Part shown: positions 62,844 through 64,000 of the stretch, piece after piece
How positions within the stretch are numbered: position 1 is the stretch's first letter
Layout: every line of letters starts with the position of its first letter
Origin: Actinomycetota bacterium
Lineage (GTDB): Bacteria; Actinomycetota; Acidimicrobiia; IMCC26256; JACDBD01
Reading direction: 5' to 3'
Assembly (NCBI GenBank): GCA_052390575.1
Contig: JBQTGU010000073.1
Coordinates: 9,742 to 73,741, forward strand
DNA: 64,000 nucleotides
The notes under the pieces: model-generated
Database searches by the model: none
What the model was told of the DNA's origin: nothing
Seen by the model: the letters and a program-made list of their open reading frames with translations, nothing else
Translations under genes and position numbers: made by a program

Positions 62844-63554
62844 ATGCACCATCTCCGACTCAATCTGGGCGACCTCGACGGAAGCCGCGCCGCAATCGAC
62901 GTCCCGGTTCGTCAGCTGCTGTTGGCGGGTTACACGGGGCGTGACCGGGCCGCGGTGCTCGACCACGTCCGGGAGCTCGAGAAGGTGGGCGTCGCGCCCC
63001 CGAGCCGAATCCCGTCCGTCTTCGTCGTCGAACCCGATCTCGTGCGAGTTGTGGACACGATCGAGGTGAGGGGATCCGAGACCTCCGGCGAGGTCGAGGT
63101 CGTCTTGCTCCAGACCCACACAGGGCTCTTGGTCGGCGTCGGGAGTGACCACACCGACCGCGCCCATGAGGCGATCGACGTCGACGAGGCAAAAGGGATG
63201 TGTGCCAAGCCGATCAGCCGGACAGTCTGGCGTCATCGCGACGTGGAAGGTCACTGGGATCAGCTCGAGCTCCGCTCCTGGACCAGCGACGGTTCCGTTC
63301 GCCGCCTCTACCAAGAGGGTTCGCTGGCTGAGTTCCTCTTGGTGGACACGCTCCTCGACGAGCTGAGCGCAGCGGGACATCCCGACCTCACCGAGACGGT
63401 CGTGTTCGGTGGCACGCTCCCGACGCTCGACGGACTTTCGTGTGGCGCGCGGTTCGAGATCGAGTTGCGAGATCCAGTGCTGGGAAGAGCGCTGTCGTGC
63501 GCCTACGGGGTCTCGAACACAGCTGACCTCAGCAGGCTCGCTGATGGCGCCTGA
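62844..63554 (+). CDS. DUF2848 family protein (FAH-like fold)
   Basis: LLLAGYTGRD, SGEVEVVL and GVGSDHTDR motifs. The start is preferred over ATG 62799 because of the promoter geometry. Confidence 0.7.
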   Translation: MHHLRLNLGDLDGSRAAIDVPVRQLLLAGYTGRDRAAVLDHVRELEKVGVAPPSRIPSVFVVEPDLVRVVDTIEVRGSETSGEVEVVLLQTHTGLLVGVGSDHTDRAHEAIDVDEAKGMCAKPISRTVWRHRDVEGHWDQLELRSWTSDGSVRRLYQEGSLAEFLLVDTLLDELSAAGHPDLTETVVFGGTLPTLDGLSCGARFEIELRDPVLGRALSCAYGVSNTADLSRLADGA

Positions 63555-63735
63555 CTCGGAGCTCCTGATCCGGGTCGCTCGTGCCTGGGGCGCGTTCGAG
63601 CTCGACGCCGAGCAGGCCGAGTTGATCGCGCAGGCATTCGACACGTACCAAGCGACCTTCGCCGAGATCTCGACCCAAGCGCTGCGTGACGTGGAACCAC
63701 CGTTGCTCTTCGCGCCGGTTCCGCTTGGTTCGTGA
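63544..63735 (+). CDS. Small AtzG-like/DUF4089 (GatC-like) protein
   Basis: 63 aa ending ...DVEPPLLFAPVPL. Lies immediately upstream of an amidase gene and overlaps it (GTGA). Confidence 0.55.
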   Translation: MAPDSELLIRVARAWGAFELDAEQAELIAQAFDTYQATFAEISTQALRDVEPPLLFAPVPLGS

Positions 63736-64000
63736 CCAGCTCTCGCCCCGCGGACCGTCAGATGGATGACACCGCGTGGCTCGGCGTCGATGACCTCGGG
63801 CAGCTCCTGCGAAGCCGGGTGCTCTCACCGGTGGAGCTCGTCCGCGCTCGTCTCTCACGGATCGAGCAGCTCAACCCCGAGCTCAACGCGTTCATCACGA
63901 TCACCGGTGAGCGCGCTCTGGACGCGGCGGCCGACGCCGAGGACGCGTTCATGCGGGAGAAGCCCGTCAGTCCACTGGCCGGTATCCCGATCGGTCTCAA
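63732..64000 (+). CDS. Amidase-signature family protein (GatA/AtzE-like), N-terminal part; 3' end outside window
   Basis: The frame from GTG 63732 gives ...LSPVELVRARLSRIEQLNPELNAFITI...PLAGIPIGLK, typical of an amidase N-terminus. Confidence 0.85.
   Translation, partial: MTSSRPADRQMDDTAWLGVDDLGQLLRSRVLSPVELVRARLSRIEQLNPELNAFITITGERALDAAADAEDAFMREKPVSPLAGIPIGL

Noticed and set aside
1-64000. CRISPR arrays, rRNA/tRNA genes, prophage, toxin-antitoxin or known defence-system genes.
   Set aside because: I saw no regularly spaced repeats, no structured-RNA signatures and no characteristic protein motifs (Cas, integrase, nuclease-helicase defence modules) in any frame.

Overview
Very GC-rich, gene-dense window that looks actinobacterial: frequent GTG/TTG starts, 4-nt ATGA/GTGA start-stop overlaps and leaderless-type promoters. 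I found no rRNA, tRNA, CRISPR array, transposase or integrase. The window splits into three parts. (1) 1-18 kb is a mixed housekeeping and stress region. It holds an ECF42-type sigma module with two DGPF/YCII paralogues, a P450, a stand-alone LigD polymerase domain, SoxR with a clear SoxR box, and an ECF41 (SigJ-like) sigma with its signature promoter. It also contains four apparently damaged genes. (2) 18-30.5 kb is an envelope-related block: a secreted beta-helix protein, an ABC-2 exporter, a GH26 lipoprotein, a two-component system, a DUF1800/DUF1501 pair, and a desaturase / ECF sigma / polytopic anti-sigma / orphan ABC ATPase operon. (3) 31-64 kb is a large catabolic super-cluster for an unknown substrate. 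It carries five Rieske oxygenases plus a Rieske ferredoxin, two tandem TPP-dependent E1 alpha/beta pairs with no E2/E3, a hydantoinase A/B pair, a LIV-type ABC importer interleaved with oxygenase genes, an extradiol dioxygenase, an ALDH/OCD/DapA-like trio and a DUF2848/AtzG-like/amidase module. Its promoter regions share an AT-rich TACAGT-core motif; the 10-mer TGAATACAGT occurs three times. The most interesting candidates are this co-regulated oxygenase/E1/hydantoinase island, the anti-sigma-permease/ABC ATPase unit, and the cluster of internal gene lesions at 7-16 kb. All functional calls come from reading the translated ORFs and from remembered family signatures. No database search was run.
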